Below are positions 27,076-39,100 of a stretch of DNA of 64,000 nucleotides, piece by piece. The notes beneath the pieces were generated by a model. That model was not told the DNA's origin. It ran no database searches and saw nothing but the letters and a program-made list of their open reading frames with translations. Both the position numbers and the translations under genes were made by a program. The stretch spans positions 8,742,001-8,806,000 of the forward strand of contig CATNEN010000038.1 in the NCBI GenBank assembly GCA_950097015.1, in the 5' to 3' direction. Positions within the stretch are counted from its first letter, which is position 1, and each line of letters starts with the position of its first letter. Source of the DNA: Macrostomum hystrix. Its lineage: Eukaryota > Animalia > Platyhelminthes.

Positions 27076-28260
27076 ATGGTATGTGAAAGCCTGAAATTTA
27101 AGGTATTGATCTAAATTGCCATTTTTGAAGCCATAACTTAGAGTATCTATTTAAATAAGGCAATCTCAACACTTTATGGCGGTTAGTATGTAAATACAGA
27201 CCGCATGACCCATTGCAACTAACAATGTATCAAATTTTCTCTGTGGCAAGGAGCCCGATTGCTATTGATTACATCACATGTCACTGGCTTGTCACTGTTC
27301 TCCTTTCAGAATCACTCGACACTGAAAGCGACAGCCTCGAGAATCGCCGGCTTTGAGGAATTCTACCGGCTGGTGTTCTCCTGGTTGTTTCCTGCACTCA
27401 TGGCTTTCGGATCCTGGGGAAATTTCTCCTGCCTGCTGGTGCTGCTGAGACGACCAGAGTGCTTCCCGTACTCGGTCAGGCTCAGCATGCTCACCTGCTG
27501 CATCGTGGACTTCCTGCTCGTGGCAGTGAAGTCCATCACGCACTACCTATCGCCGGTCATCATGGGGACAATCCTGAAAGTTTTCGACTACAGGAGAGAC
27601 TCGAATTTCCCCGTGTGCATTGTCTACTATTTAATCACGTTCTGGCTGCTGCATGGAAGTCCGTTCATCCGACTGGGTCTGTGCTTCCACTCTCTAGTTG
27701 TGACGCTGGCCCCTCTAAAGCAGGCTAGGCTGCTCCGAGTGCGAAACGTGACACTCTACCAGCTCAGCTTACTCCTGCTCAGCTTCGTGCCCTGCATCAG
27801 GATTTTCAGCTCCTACTGGATTACAAAGAAGAACAGGTGCGACTTCTATGATGATTGGATTGAGGTATTCTACAGAATATTCACGGTGTTTGTTTGCAGA
27901 CTGGTTGTAGTCAGCTGCCTGCTGGTGACCCTGCTAGTCATACTGCTCACGGTGAGACGCACCAGGAAGTGTCTGGGTGACTCCGTCATATCGACCAGTC
28001 AATCTCAGCCCCAGACACGAACTGTGACCAGCATCTTCATCTCGACCAGCGCCATCTTCTTTGTGTGCGAGATGCCTTACAGTGTGCTGAGAGCTCTTGT
28101 GAACCTTGAACTCGTCAGGGACAACAGCGAGTTGGATGAAATCACCAGGCTGTTGAACGGTGTGATGTACATCAATCCCGCCTTGAACTGGCTGCCATAT
28201 CTGATTGGACGGAAATTCCGTCAGGAGTACCTCAAGATGTACTGCTGTGTGTGCTGCTGA
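27076..28260 (+). CDS. GPCR copy A' (ATG exon 27076-27078 + exon 27310-28260), C-tail truncated
   Basis: ATG|gtatgt ... tttcag|AAT CAC TCG gives MNHST; nearly identical to copy A. Confidence 0.88.
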
Positions 28261-29638
28261 TTGAAAGGCGACTTCAAGGGGCCAATTTTTAACGCTATGT
28301 CTTTGACTGTCCATCAAAGCGAGTTAGTGACGCTTGTTACACAATTTGTCATCATATTCCGCTGAAAATTGTTTTTATCGATTGTGACGGATCTTCCATA
28401 TGAAGAAATTCTGATTTCTTCGCTGAAAATAAGTAAATCAACTATATTAATAAATTAGATCGTCAATGAGGACAGCTGGTTTGCTTGTGGTGATATCTTA
28501 ATTAATTAGCATGATAAGCTACTTTATAGATTGTCGCTGTATATACAGAATGTGTCCAAAGATAGTGCTTGCGAAGATTGAGCCATCAGTTTACAAGCGA
28601 ATTGGGCTGGTTCTTTTATACAAATCAGTGCAATTTCATAAATAATTCACTTCTTACTTATTAATTCGTACTGATCATAGTATTGATGCGCTGTAGTCTG
28701 CTGAGCAGCCTCCAGGCTATCTGTGGAGTCAGTGCTGCCCTAGTTCTGTGGGAGGGCTTGGGAGTAGGGAGGTCTGCAGACTGGCAGAATATCGCTGAAA
28801 TGCTCCTACTATAAGTAGAGCACAGTCCGACGAAAACACCGAATGGTGTTAGCATTGTGGCAACACACTTTCTCTACTTAGATGGCACTGCTAGGACTGG
28901 TTTTCTTCGTGCTTTTGCGTTTACCACTGAGTTTAGAAAAGTTTCTGACTTCATTTGTGTCTAGTCTTTGTGACGAAAACACGCGATTTTTAAGCTAAGT
29001 CTAAGATTCCTTAGAACTTAAAAGAATTCCCATTCCCCAGTAAGAGAAGACTTACCAATCCTAGCCTGACTACCAGGTTGTGTCCACTGTGTTGAGGCCG
29101 GTAACATCCTCTTTGAGTCTAGCGTTCCTGTCTTGGTTATTTTCACCAATTGTGTGTGCCACGCTACCACAGGTATAACAGTATGCACAAGTTAGAAGCT
29201 TGTTTCACACAGAGACTATAATCCAAATTATTGTTTTGTTTGGACAATTGTATAAAGTACTTTTAATTGCTTTTGAAAGTAAGCCGGGCTTAAGACGCAC
29301 TGAAGCAACGAAGCTAAGTTTGTATTACTCGCAATTGAATATTCAGCTAGCGTTGATACTAAAAGTCGTTAGAACTTTTCAAAACGTTTATTTTCGTCTT
29401 CCCAACAAAAAACGAAAGATATAGACTCTAGTATTTTAGTACATGAATCAATCACTGCAAAAATGTGTTTTTAGTAATCCTTGAGATTAAATTCTAGTTG
29501 TAAATCCATACGGTAGGTAACGTGTACTTTATTTTACCATATTTTCTAAGTTACATAAGGTTAAATGGAAATAGGATGATTGCTTTGTGTCTAAAGGGTA
29601 TTTTATGTTTTCAGTACAACAAAATGTAATAAATGTAT

Positions 29639-29785
29639 AATATTCCCCATTTATTCCCCATTTATTTTGTTGTCTAGCGGGCAAAAGCAAGAGGTGTCTC
29701 GTTTATTGACCGAGGCGAAGCCGAGATCAATTAGTGAGATACCGAGTGCTTTTGGCCCTAGACAACTAAATGAGTGGGGAATATG
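29639..29785. repeat. Long imperfect palindrome (hairpin-type non-autonomous element) centred on ccgaggcgaagccgag
   Basis: attccccatttattttgttgtctag..gcaaaagca.. mirrored by ..tgcttttgg..ctagacaactaaatgagtggggaat. Confidence 0.7.
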
Positions 29786-30037
29786 ATATGTATCCCTAAC
29801 TTGAAACGGGCAAACAAACAATTATATTTTTATCATTGATTATTGATGTTGATTGATTGATTGATTACAACTGATTATTAATTCGTTCGCTTTTAATTCT
29901 GTTTGTCTTTGGTGGTTTTATAGTTCTGTGTTATAGTTGCATCAATGCACTAGTGCAAATAAATTAAAAGCTTAAAATCATAGACAACTGCCCGGGGCAA
30001 GTTGGGGATACATATTGAATGTTAGTTAGCCTAACCA

Positions 30038-30228
30038 GAGGTTGTAGCCTAGTGGTTAGGGCGTCGGACTCACGACTTGAAGATCGGGGGTTCGATTCCC
30101 GACTCCACTGGAACAATTTGCGTCCTTTAGCAAGACACTTAACTCTGCATTGCTTCAGTTCACCCAGCTGTTAAATGGGTACCAGCATCAGCTGGGATAA
30201 TTGAAGGTGGGTGTGACGTCCCCCCTAT
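30038..30228 (+). mobile_element. SINE family 1 copy (best-preserved tRNA head)
   Basis: tgtagcctagtggttagggcg...ggttcgattccc followed by the CORE-like block. Confidence 0.85.
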
Positions 30229-30284
30229 GCAGTTGTTTATGATTCAATGATGTTTTTTATTCGATTAAGTCTTTCTCAATCGCC

Positions 30285-33200
30285 TCAGCGCTCTGCCGGA
30301 AACCTCATAAGCTTCCTGGTTGTCGCCCGGGAATTTGGGATCTGCAGGTTGCCACTTTCTCGCGCAATTTCTTCGACAACGCGCGGTAGCGCCGTCATTA
30401 AATCGTCGGTCTCTGTGTCAAAATTATTGATAATCATATTGGCCAGGGCGCTTATGAAGCTCTCAGAGTGACACAAGTTTCCCTTGACCACACTGCTGAT
30501 GTACAGGCAGTCCTCCTGGAAATCCCAAGACGCTGCTTGGACGCGTCCACCAACGGAGCGGTCTATTCGTCTCCCCCTGTCTGCTTGTGTAATGAAAATC
30601 TTCGGCTTGCCTCGCAGAGTCGGACAATTTCTGAAATTTGAGAACACTCTGTTCAGGGAGACCCGGGAGCCATCGCTGGAGTACACAAAGCCCTGCTCGC
30701 CATGCGAAAGTATGCAGAGGAGGAACGCGTCGTCTTGAGCGTAGTCCACAATTTCGCGATCACAAGTCAGGAGAGCATTAAACGATTCACTGTTCATGTT
30801 TCGGTGCAACTGGCATTCGAATCCCAATCGCTGAAAGCTCTGTGATAACGAGTCGATTACTGATCTTCTTGGCAGAAGACCACTATTCGCATTGAAGTCT
30901 ATTACGTCCACTATGATAGCTCTGCCGCGAGGCGATCGTTGCATTGGGTAGTACAGAGTAGCAGCGATGCCGAAGCGGCCGCCACCTCCACCGCCACCGC
31001 CACCTCCACCGCCACCGCCACCGCCACCGCCACCGCCACCGCCACCGCCACCGCCACCTCCACCCCCACCACGACCGCCACCGCCACTGCCACCGCGTCT
31101 GTCATCAGCTCCACCAGTGTCACCAATGTTGCCGCCATCATTATTGCTACCGCTGTGATCCGGATGGTTGCCGCAGCCGCTCTGTGTAGCTACTTCTAAC
31201 GGATCAACTCCGGTTTGTTCGGCTTTTGGGACCGTCCGAGTACTGAGTAGTTTAAAAGTAAAAAAACTCTTTTTTTGACGAATTTTATTGAATATCAATA
31301 CGAATTACAATGCCGAAAACTTACGAACGCTCGACGGCCTGTCGAGAAAATATTGCCCAATCAAGTGCTGTCATCCCTCGCTCTCCTTTGACATTCCAGT
31401 GCTCAGGGTCTTGAATAGCTTTGCGCAATTCCTGAATGACCAAAAGGTGGCCGCAGCGGGCGCCCCAGATTGCCGGGGTGTTACCAGAGAAGTCTGCCAG
31501 CGTTGGGTTGGCCCGCAGTCTGCACAGCTCTCGAACTGTATCAACATAGCCCAGTTTTGCGGCATAGGCGACTGCCGAAAACTTCATTGAGTCCTGCAAA
31601 TTGTTTTAGAGCTCGTATCATAACACACATTAAAATATCGCGACAAAAGGAGACGCAAAACGGTCTCGATAAAAAGAAGTTTCTGAAGCGGGTAATAAAG
31701 CTAACCTGGCTGTTGAGTTCGGCTCCCATCCTAACCAGCAGGTCAAGCACCCCAGTCTGCTGATTTTTCGCCGCCAAAATCAGAGGTGTCTGTCGTAGGT
31801 TGTCCGCTCTGTTAACTTCCACTTTCAGAACATCACTTTTGAGCCTTGCATGAAAGGCTTCGAGGACATCCTTGCGTCCATAATAGGCTGCCCAGCTGAC
31901 AGGCGTTCTTCCCATTGTGTCCTTCTTCGCGGTGCCAGACGGATCACGCTGAATGAGCTGGCTGACGAGGTCTTGCCTGCCCCTGGCAGCGGCTATCATA
32001 AGAAGAGTCTGATCCATGGGTCCGAACGTTTTTTGGTTGTTTTTGGAAGAAGCACACAATCTGGCCAGTTGCTGATCCGTCCACTGCCTCGGTGACTCAG
32101 GACTGAAAGTAATGTAGGAAGATATTTTGAAAAAACGGGGCCATATTATCAGCTTACCGCCGCTCAGAACGGATGGCAAGCAGAGCTTACGATGGACAGT
32201 ATTTTTTTATAGCGGCGACTTAACTATCCCAGTCAACTAGAAGTACATAGCCTAAGTGTTTATAAACTAACATCTAGACGCAAATTTAAGACTTTGATAG
32301 ATACGAGCGTATAGTAGCCCAAAAGGTTGTCAGAATACGCTACTATAGCATTTATAGCGGTCTACGAGTAGTTGGGACCACAGATTCAAAAAACACTTTT
32401 CTTAGAATCCCGCTTTTAGGATCTGTGGTTGGGACAGCGGGCTTTTAAATTGGACACTGAGCTTCCTACGGCGCCATACAGCGACTGCTGTCTATGGCCA
32501 ACTCAAAAATTCGGGCTTTGAAATAAGACACCGCGGGCAGACATTTAGAAATCTAAAAACTTCTGCATGGTTTAATCAAATGAGCTCTGCAAACAGGCTT
32601 GTAAAGTTCGCTGCCCAAAAAGTGTCACCACTAACTGTTATCGAGACATAGAATGGAGAATCTAACGTAAGCGAAAATAGCGCGAATAAAAAAGAGACAT
32701 CCTTATCCAAGCTCGGCAAAGAGGCGAGCCAGTGGGGCGACATTTCTTTAATGCTAGATATCAAGCGAACCTCCGTCTACAACATCTGTCACGCCTTTGA
32801 TTTGGAAGTGAGACACTCTGTACTGCCCAGGGGTGGAACTGAGAACCGAAAGCTCACCGAACCTATGAAAGAGTTTTTACTAGCTGCGGTTGAGCAGAAT
32901 CCGTTCGTCACGTTGCAACATCTGCGCACAACATGTTTTACACACATGTTGTGCTTGCACTGAATTGCAGTGAAATACATCAGCATTAGGACCTAAATAT
33001 CTGCCTTAGTGTCTACGCCTACGCCTGAGTGTCTAAATGTCTGCCCGCTGTCTAATTTCAAAGCCCGCATGTGTATTTTCGAGTTGGCCATAGACAGCAG
33101 TCACTGTACGAGTACCTTGTATAGGCAGCAGTAAGCTCAGTGTCTTTTCAGTGATTTTACCACCATCTTAAGCGTTAAAAATTTTGCCTGAACCAAAAAC

Positions 33201-35542
33201 GTGGATTAAGAACTCACACATCATCCGGTGAAGTTAGGAAAAACTTTTTGCTTAAAGTGGTCGCGGAAGTCACAGACAAGCCAAATTTCTCAGTTCCCTT
33301 GTTCAGCGCGGGCAGCTCTAGCCGCCTGTTCACCTCTGCCACGACGTTGTCGATGTGGTTCAGGCCGAACTCCTCCTCCTGCAGAGCCGCGCACAGAGCC
33401 TCGGCCAGTGACCCCCTGGGCCCCTCGGCAGCTCCGCTGCACAGCAGGAAGTCTTTCTCGGGAAGACGGAATGAAGACTCTTCTAGAGGGATGGAATTGA
33501 CACCTTCGGGGAGTTTGCTGGTCTGCAGGAAGAGCAACTTGGGCTTGTCCTTGAAGGTGCTGCACTGATTAGCTCGAAATCTCGCAACAATGTCCCTGAC
33601 TTCAATCTCGCATCCATCACTGGCGAAGATGCTTCCAACAGTTCCATATGCTAGTATGAAGCAGAAGAAACTATCACAAGGTGGCAAGTTGTCAGAGGCA
33701 GTAGTTTCTCTGATGCAGCTCCAGATTTCTACGTCGCTGAGATTTTCAAACAGCTGAGTATGAAAGCCGAGCTTTTTAAACGTGTGTATTATTTTTTGGG
33801 CTTCCTTCTTCTGTTTGGGTCGGTTAGGAAACATCGAATTGTCATGGTACGCATCAATGCTGATCACCAAACAGACGCCCTTCAGCTTGGCAGTCTTCGC
33901 ATACGTGTCGGTCTCGCGGGGTCTGAAATATTTTTAACACAAAGGCAAACTCTTCAACATGAAATGCACGGGAACGAGAGTCTAGCAAATAACAGCTGCA
34001 ACTCACTGTTCTTCCTGTCTCACACTAGTATGCGAGCTATCCATTTGCATCTGGTGCGTCGTTTCAAACGCCGGAACACTGAATCCTCCTTCCGTATTAA
34101 CTTGAGATGCAAAATAAATATTTATAAATATAATTAAATAATTTAAAAGTACAAAAAATCTTATGCTTTGTTCTTGGGATTTGTTGTTGTAAAAGTGCAG
34201 TAGAGCGTTTGCCTCTCGCACTTACGTTCCTCAGCTCGATTACGCCACGAGGCCACGTGGCGTAATCCAACCGCGGATAAGCTTTGGGGGCTTTGCGCTC
34301 ATGTACGCCCTAAGCAAGAGTGGTACACTGCCTGACAATATAGAGTTCATTACGAGCCTGCGTCAGTGTGCCTCAGTACAGTTTTTGTGCTCACTGTTCG
34401 TTTGGCTGCAATTGGCTTCTGTCACCAAGCGATAGGTACCAGTGCCCACAGCCCTGCTGCAAATATTAGATATTAATTTTGATAAGGATAGCTAAGTCCA
34501 TTGCGATTCACTCACATTCCTGAGGAAAGAACCGGTGCTTAATCAGTTCGGCGGCAGATATTCTATCAGTCTTCGCCTTTCTGGTGCAGCCAGAGTAGAA
34601 ATCCTTGAGCTCCGCGGAGCAGCTGTCAGGCAGTGGCGGTGCACCCTCCCTCTCCACCTTGCGAACAATGGCCAGCATGTTCTTGCACTCCCAGTAGGGC
34701 CTTTTACCAGTCACCATCTGGTAGACAATGCAGCCCAGGGCCCAGATGTCTGAAGCGCAGCTGTAGGGCGTGTCCTCCGAATCATCGTACAGGAACATCT
34801 CGGGCGGCATGAAGTGAGGATCGCCCCTGTCATCAGTGGACGGTTGCTCAGTCACCAACTCGAGAAGCTGAACGGCGATGCCGAAGTTGATCAGCACGAC
34901 GTGATCGCCAGGGCACACAATGGCGGTCTTGCAGTTCAGATTCCGGTGGAGCACTGGAGTCTCCAAGCCGTGCATGTAGGACAGGGCGCTGCAGACCTAA
35001 CCAAAAAGTTAAGAGCTAGTATTGATTTTAACACCGAATGTCGATACATCTGGCCCAACTCTAGAGGATTTAATTTCTAGCTATCACATCAATCCAAAAT
35101 TCAAAAACTCAAGCGTAATCAATTGAAAATGTCAAAGGGCAGGCGTTAAAAACGCACCAAATCAAGCAAGCTATGAGAAAAATTTGCTTACTTGTCTGGC
35201 CAGATGCTGCGTCTTTTCTTCTGGAAGGCCCTCGGGTTTGATGTATCTCTCCAATGCGACAGACTGAGCAGTGAGTAGGTTCATTGTTACTATCACAGTC
35301 GAGGTCGATCTGTCCACTTCAATGCTCAGAAATTTTACGACGTTCTTGTGGTCTAATCGGCACAGCCTGTCGCTCTCCTGACGGCATGCTTTCTCTAGCG
35401 CCGCCATTTTTCTTTCTGAGGCATCCTCAACAATTGAGCAGGGCAGGCGGATGCGCTTCACGGCCAGCTCACCCTGGCCGGCATGCGGCGCCTCGGCGTG
35501 CGTCTCGCCCCGGGAGCTCCTTGATAGCAGCTTGCGGACCAT
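30285..35542 (-). CDS. Pseudokinase - pseudocaspase - ankyrin repeats - poly-Gly - pseudocaspase protein, copy 1 (~1084 aa; true start may lie further 5')
   Basis: Exons 35542-35192, 34996-34516, 34100-34007, 33922-33218, 32102-31706, 31593-31325, 31242-30285. All GT-AG, intron phases 0,1,2,2,0,2, continuous open frame of 3255 nt. Motifs HRN/NFG/MPPE; FILAYG and KPKLLFLQTSK; GRTPVSWAA and QTPLILAA; ILSHG and KPKIFITQADRG. Confidence 0.85.
32479..33106 (+). mobile_element. Deleted Tc1-like element in an intron of copy 1
   Basis: TA|cagcgactgctgtctatggccaactc ... gagttggccatagacagcagtcactg|TA; internal HTH remnant (PRGG..RKLT..NPFVTLQ) related to the element at 8302. Confidence 0.85.
34195..34468 (+). 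mobile_element. tRNA-derived SINE family 2 copy (intronic)
   Basis: gcgtttgcctctcgca ... cagccctgctgcaa shared with 47055-47352 and 39212-39592. Confidence 0.65.
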
Positions 35543-36179
35543 TTCAGAAGTCTAATAGCACATGCTAGTCTACTAGAATGGCCTAGAAATTGTTGTTTCT
35601 CCGTCGTTTAAAAGTAGTCCTGGTTTTTACTAGCACTTTGACTCTAGCTCATGCACAACTTGTCTCTTTATAGCCTTGCCCTCCACAATAATATCCTTTC
35701 ATACCTCTGTCGTTGCTTATGCGCTCAATATAGTTCAGCTAGTGTGCATTGCTATGCTGTTGCAAAACAGAACATCTGCCGCATTGTGTGAACAGTGTAC
35801 AATGTCTGCTTAGTTACCAATTCTCTCTCCTTCTGCTTCTTTCTCTGTCTATCTCTCTGCAATCTGTCAGCAATACACATTAAGTCTGAATAGCAACGTT
35901 AAGCTTTGCCTAAGCATTATCAGCTCTGCCAGTCTAAACAGGTATTTTAGCGTTTAAGAAAGAATATCAATTATTGTCACTGTTTTAACTCCTTTCTGAA
36001 ACTGGGCACTTGTTTCTTTCGGTTAAAAAGTTTGCCTAAGATAAACTAGTAACAAGCCGTCATCGCTGAAATGGTTTAGCCGAGAGAAACGTAGCAGCTT
36101 TTTTCGCAGAATATTGAGTTAAAAAAGAAGTTTTCTTGCTGACAAGAACAACTGAATTATCGAATCGAATAATCTTGAC

Positions 36180-39100
36180 ATGAGGTAAGCTGCTTCTTCT
36201 GTTTTGTTTCAACCATGCATTACAAATAGGACTGCCAAACCACTTTGCGCAAAAACCAGTTAGTTGCCTCAGCGTTGTCTCATCCGGGCGCACCCCGCAA
36301 AGAGTTGATTCTGTCTGTGTACACATACCTTGCGACATCCTAAGGTGATGTATTAGTACGCACTCAACTGTAGAGCATCATTTTCAGTATCTTTATTTGC
36401 ACCGATCGATATTTGAGGTAAACAATAAACAAATATGCCAGAGGCAGTCGCCTGATATCCTCACGGCAGAGAAAACAAGACCTTTTTACATTCCAGCAGT
36501 CAGTCAGAATATGAAGTCGGCGAAGTGATTGGAACAGGCGAGTATGCAGAAGAGATCAGGGCTGTCTGGTTGAAGAACGCCAACAGCGACTTCCGCATGT
36601 GTGAGAAAATTCTCAAGCTGCCAATTCAGCCTGAGCAGCACCTGGATGACGAAACTCTGAACCAACTGGACAGACAGCGCAGCAAACTGGTTAACATAAA
36701 ACACGAGAATTTGATCAGGTTCGTTGACATCAAAATAAATAATAATGACATGGCTGTCACCGTGATCACGGAGCTGATTGAGGGCGGAAGTCTGTATTCT
36801 CGGATTAATAAGACTGCATTAGAGGAGAAAGCGATTCGAACTTTTTCCAAGCAGGTGAGCCTCTGAAACTGATTACTTTGAGTGCTGGCTCGATATAGCA
36901 CCTTACCTATTGTTCGAACTTGTTCGGACTTTAGCTTTCAAGCTATGGATTCCCATTTAGCAGCTTGTGTTTGCGAGATGATGCAATCCAGAGTTGTTCC
37001 AGAGCAGTTAAGAATCGAACCTCTGACCTTTAAGTCGTTAGTCTGACGCTGCTACAACTTAGTGCCTCTCCTCGACTCTAACTAAAGGTACTAAATACTT
37101 GAATATGTTAGAGCAACAAGCTACTTAGTGCAGAATTCATATAGAAGATCTTTATATTTATGGTACTTTTACAATGGCTATTCCAAAATCCGCTCCACAC
37201 AGATCTGCAGCGCTCTTTCCTACCTGCACAGATCGGACATAGCCATCATACACAGGAATATCAGCAGCAATACCATCATGATAACGAAGGAGGATTCCGT
37301 CAAGCTCATTGACTTTGGCATTTCCATCCAGCTGCTGGACGCAGTGAGCACTCAGCCGTCCCTCTGTCCCCGAGGCAACCCGCAGTACATGGCGCCCGAA
37401 ATGTTCCTGACTGAAGAGCAACCGGAGTGCTTGTACAGCCGCGGCTCCGACATCTGGGCTTTTGGCTGCGTTGTATTTGAAATGGCTACTGGAAGGAGAC
37501 CTCATTCCGATTGCAAGAACATGCTGGCTATTGTGAATGCTGTACAGAATTCTGGGGCTCCAAAACTGCCCGACTCGTGTTCTCAGCAACTCAGAGCGTT
37601 CTTCACAAGCTGCATGCACATGAATAGACGGCAGAGGGCTTCAGCGGCAGAGCTACTGCAGCACGCTTTTCTCCAACCAGGTTAGTAACGGCCAATAAGG
37701 ACACCTTTGTTAAACAGTTAGACTTGGCGATGATGGGCAAGACCTCATAGTTGCGGCTTTATTTTGCAGAGCGAACAAAACAGTCCGAACTACAGTTTGA
37801 CGGCAGTGTGATAAAGTAAGTACTTGTACCTCCAGTCGTTTTGTCATTTTTCTCGCTTAATTATAAAAATAATTCTATGCTCTTGTTATTTTTTGCCGCT
37901 TTTTGGTTCGAAGCATACACAATGACGAAATAGCAAACAAGTTTTCTGTCACTTGAATTCATCGACTGTAGTCTGGCATGCCCTGTCCTTATATACCAGA
38001 ATCTATAATCTTAGTACAACATATTTTTGAGCTTGGAGCCTGTAGTCAGAGCTTCTAAGTTCTGACTGAAAGGTCGAGAGTTCGAATCTCAACCCCGTGA
38101 AGAAATTTAGCTAGACAATTTACCTCGTAATTCACCATTGCCTCAATTCACTCATCTGTAAGATGGTTCTGTACTCTTCGTAAGAAATTTTCTGGAATCA
38201 GCTGAGGTAGAAATTATAAGGGTGGGTGTCACGGCATTCACCAGCAGTGTACCGACTGAACAGCTTGTACACAGTGCTTGAAGCGCCAGACGATAGCGGT
38301 GGCTGTACGCCTGGCCCAAGTGTGTCAGGTGTCATGACTCATTTCTGTTTAATTATCTGTATATATATTTTTAAGGGTCATATTTTTAACAACAGGAACC
38401 ACTTGTGCTTCAATCTATCGAGACTTATCGAAAAAAAATTGCTAAGTAGCATCGCAATCAATTTCAGAGGCGAGAAGCCCAAATACATGACAGCTGGACA
38501 GCCAGGACTGTGTCTGGTGATTGACCTGTATCCACCTGATTCGGACAGTCCGAATAAACAAATATTAGCGCGAGTCCGGAAAACTTTCGAATCTTTCGAT
38601 AGCACTGTAAAGGTTCTTGAAAGCGCTAAATGTCCCGATGTTTGGCGTACAGTGGAAATTTTAACAAGCAGCGAGGAGTTGGCCGATGCTGCCTACTTTG
38701 CTTGCGTCCTAGTCGCTCGAGGAGAAATCGGGCGCGTGTTGGCAAGCGATGACATGGAAATCGAGATCAGGGACCTCATAACCAGATTTCGTCCCAACCA
38801 GTGTCCAAGTCTAAAGAACAAGCCAAAGCTCTTCTTCATCGATGTGGAGACACCACCAGCAGCTACCAGATCAGACTGGAGCGAGTATCCCCTTCGCATC
38901 AGAGACGATGACTTCTTGGTTTGTGCCAACCACTCGCAAAAGCCTCTCTTCATTGAAAAACTGTGTGGCATTCTCACTGAAAATGACGAGTGTAGCGCTT
39001 CAGAAGTCGAGCAAGTTGTATCCGAAGTCAACAAACGCTTGTGCTTGGACCCTTTGAAGAAGGAGAAGAACTTTCAGTTGAAATCTTTTTCGGAGTCCAT

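Noticed and set aside
30038-30112. tRNA gene
   Set aside because: Continues into a SINE body found in many copies; no proper acceptor stem
30911-31199. Poly-Pro, poly-VA and poly-TA ORFs (also at 40846-41279)
   Set aside because: Alternative frames of the poly-Gly tract
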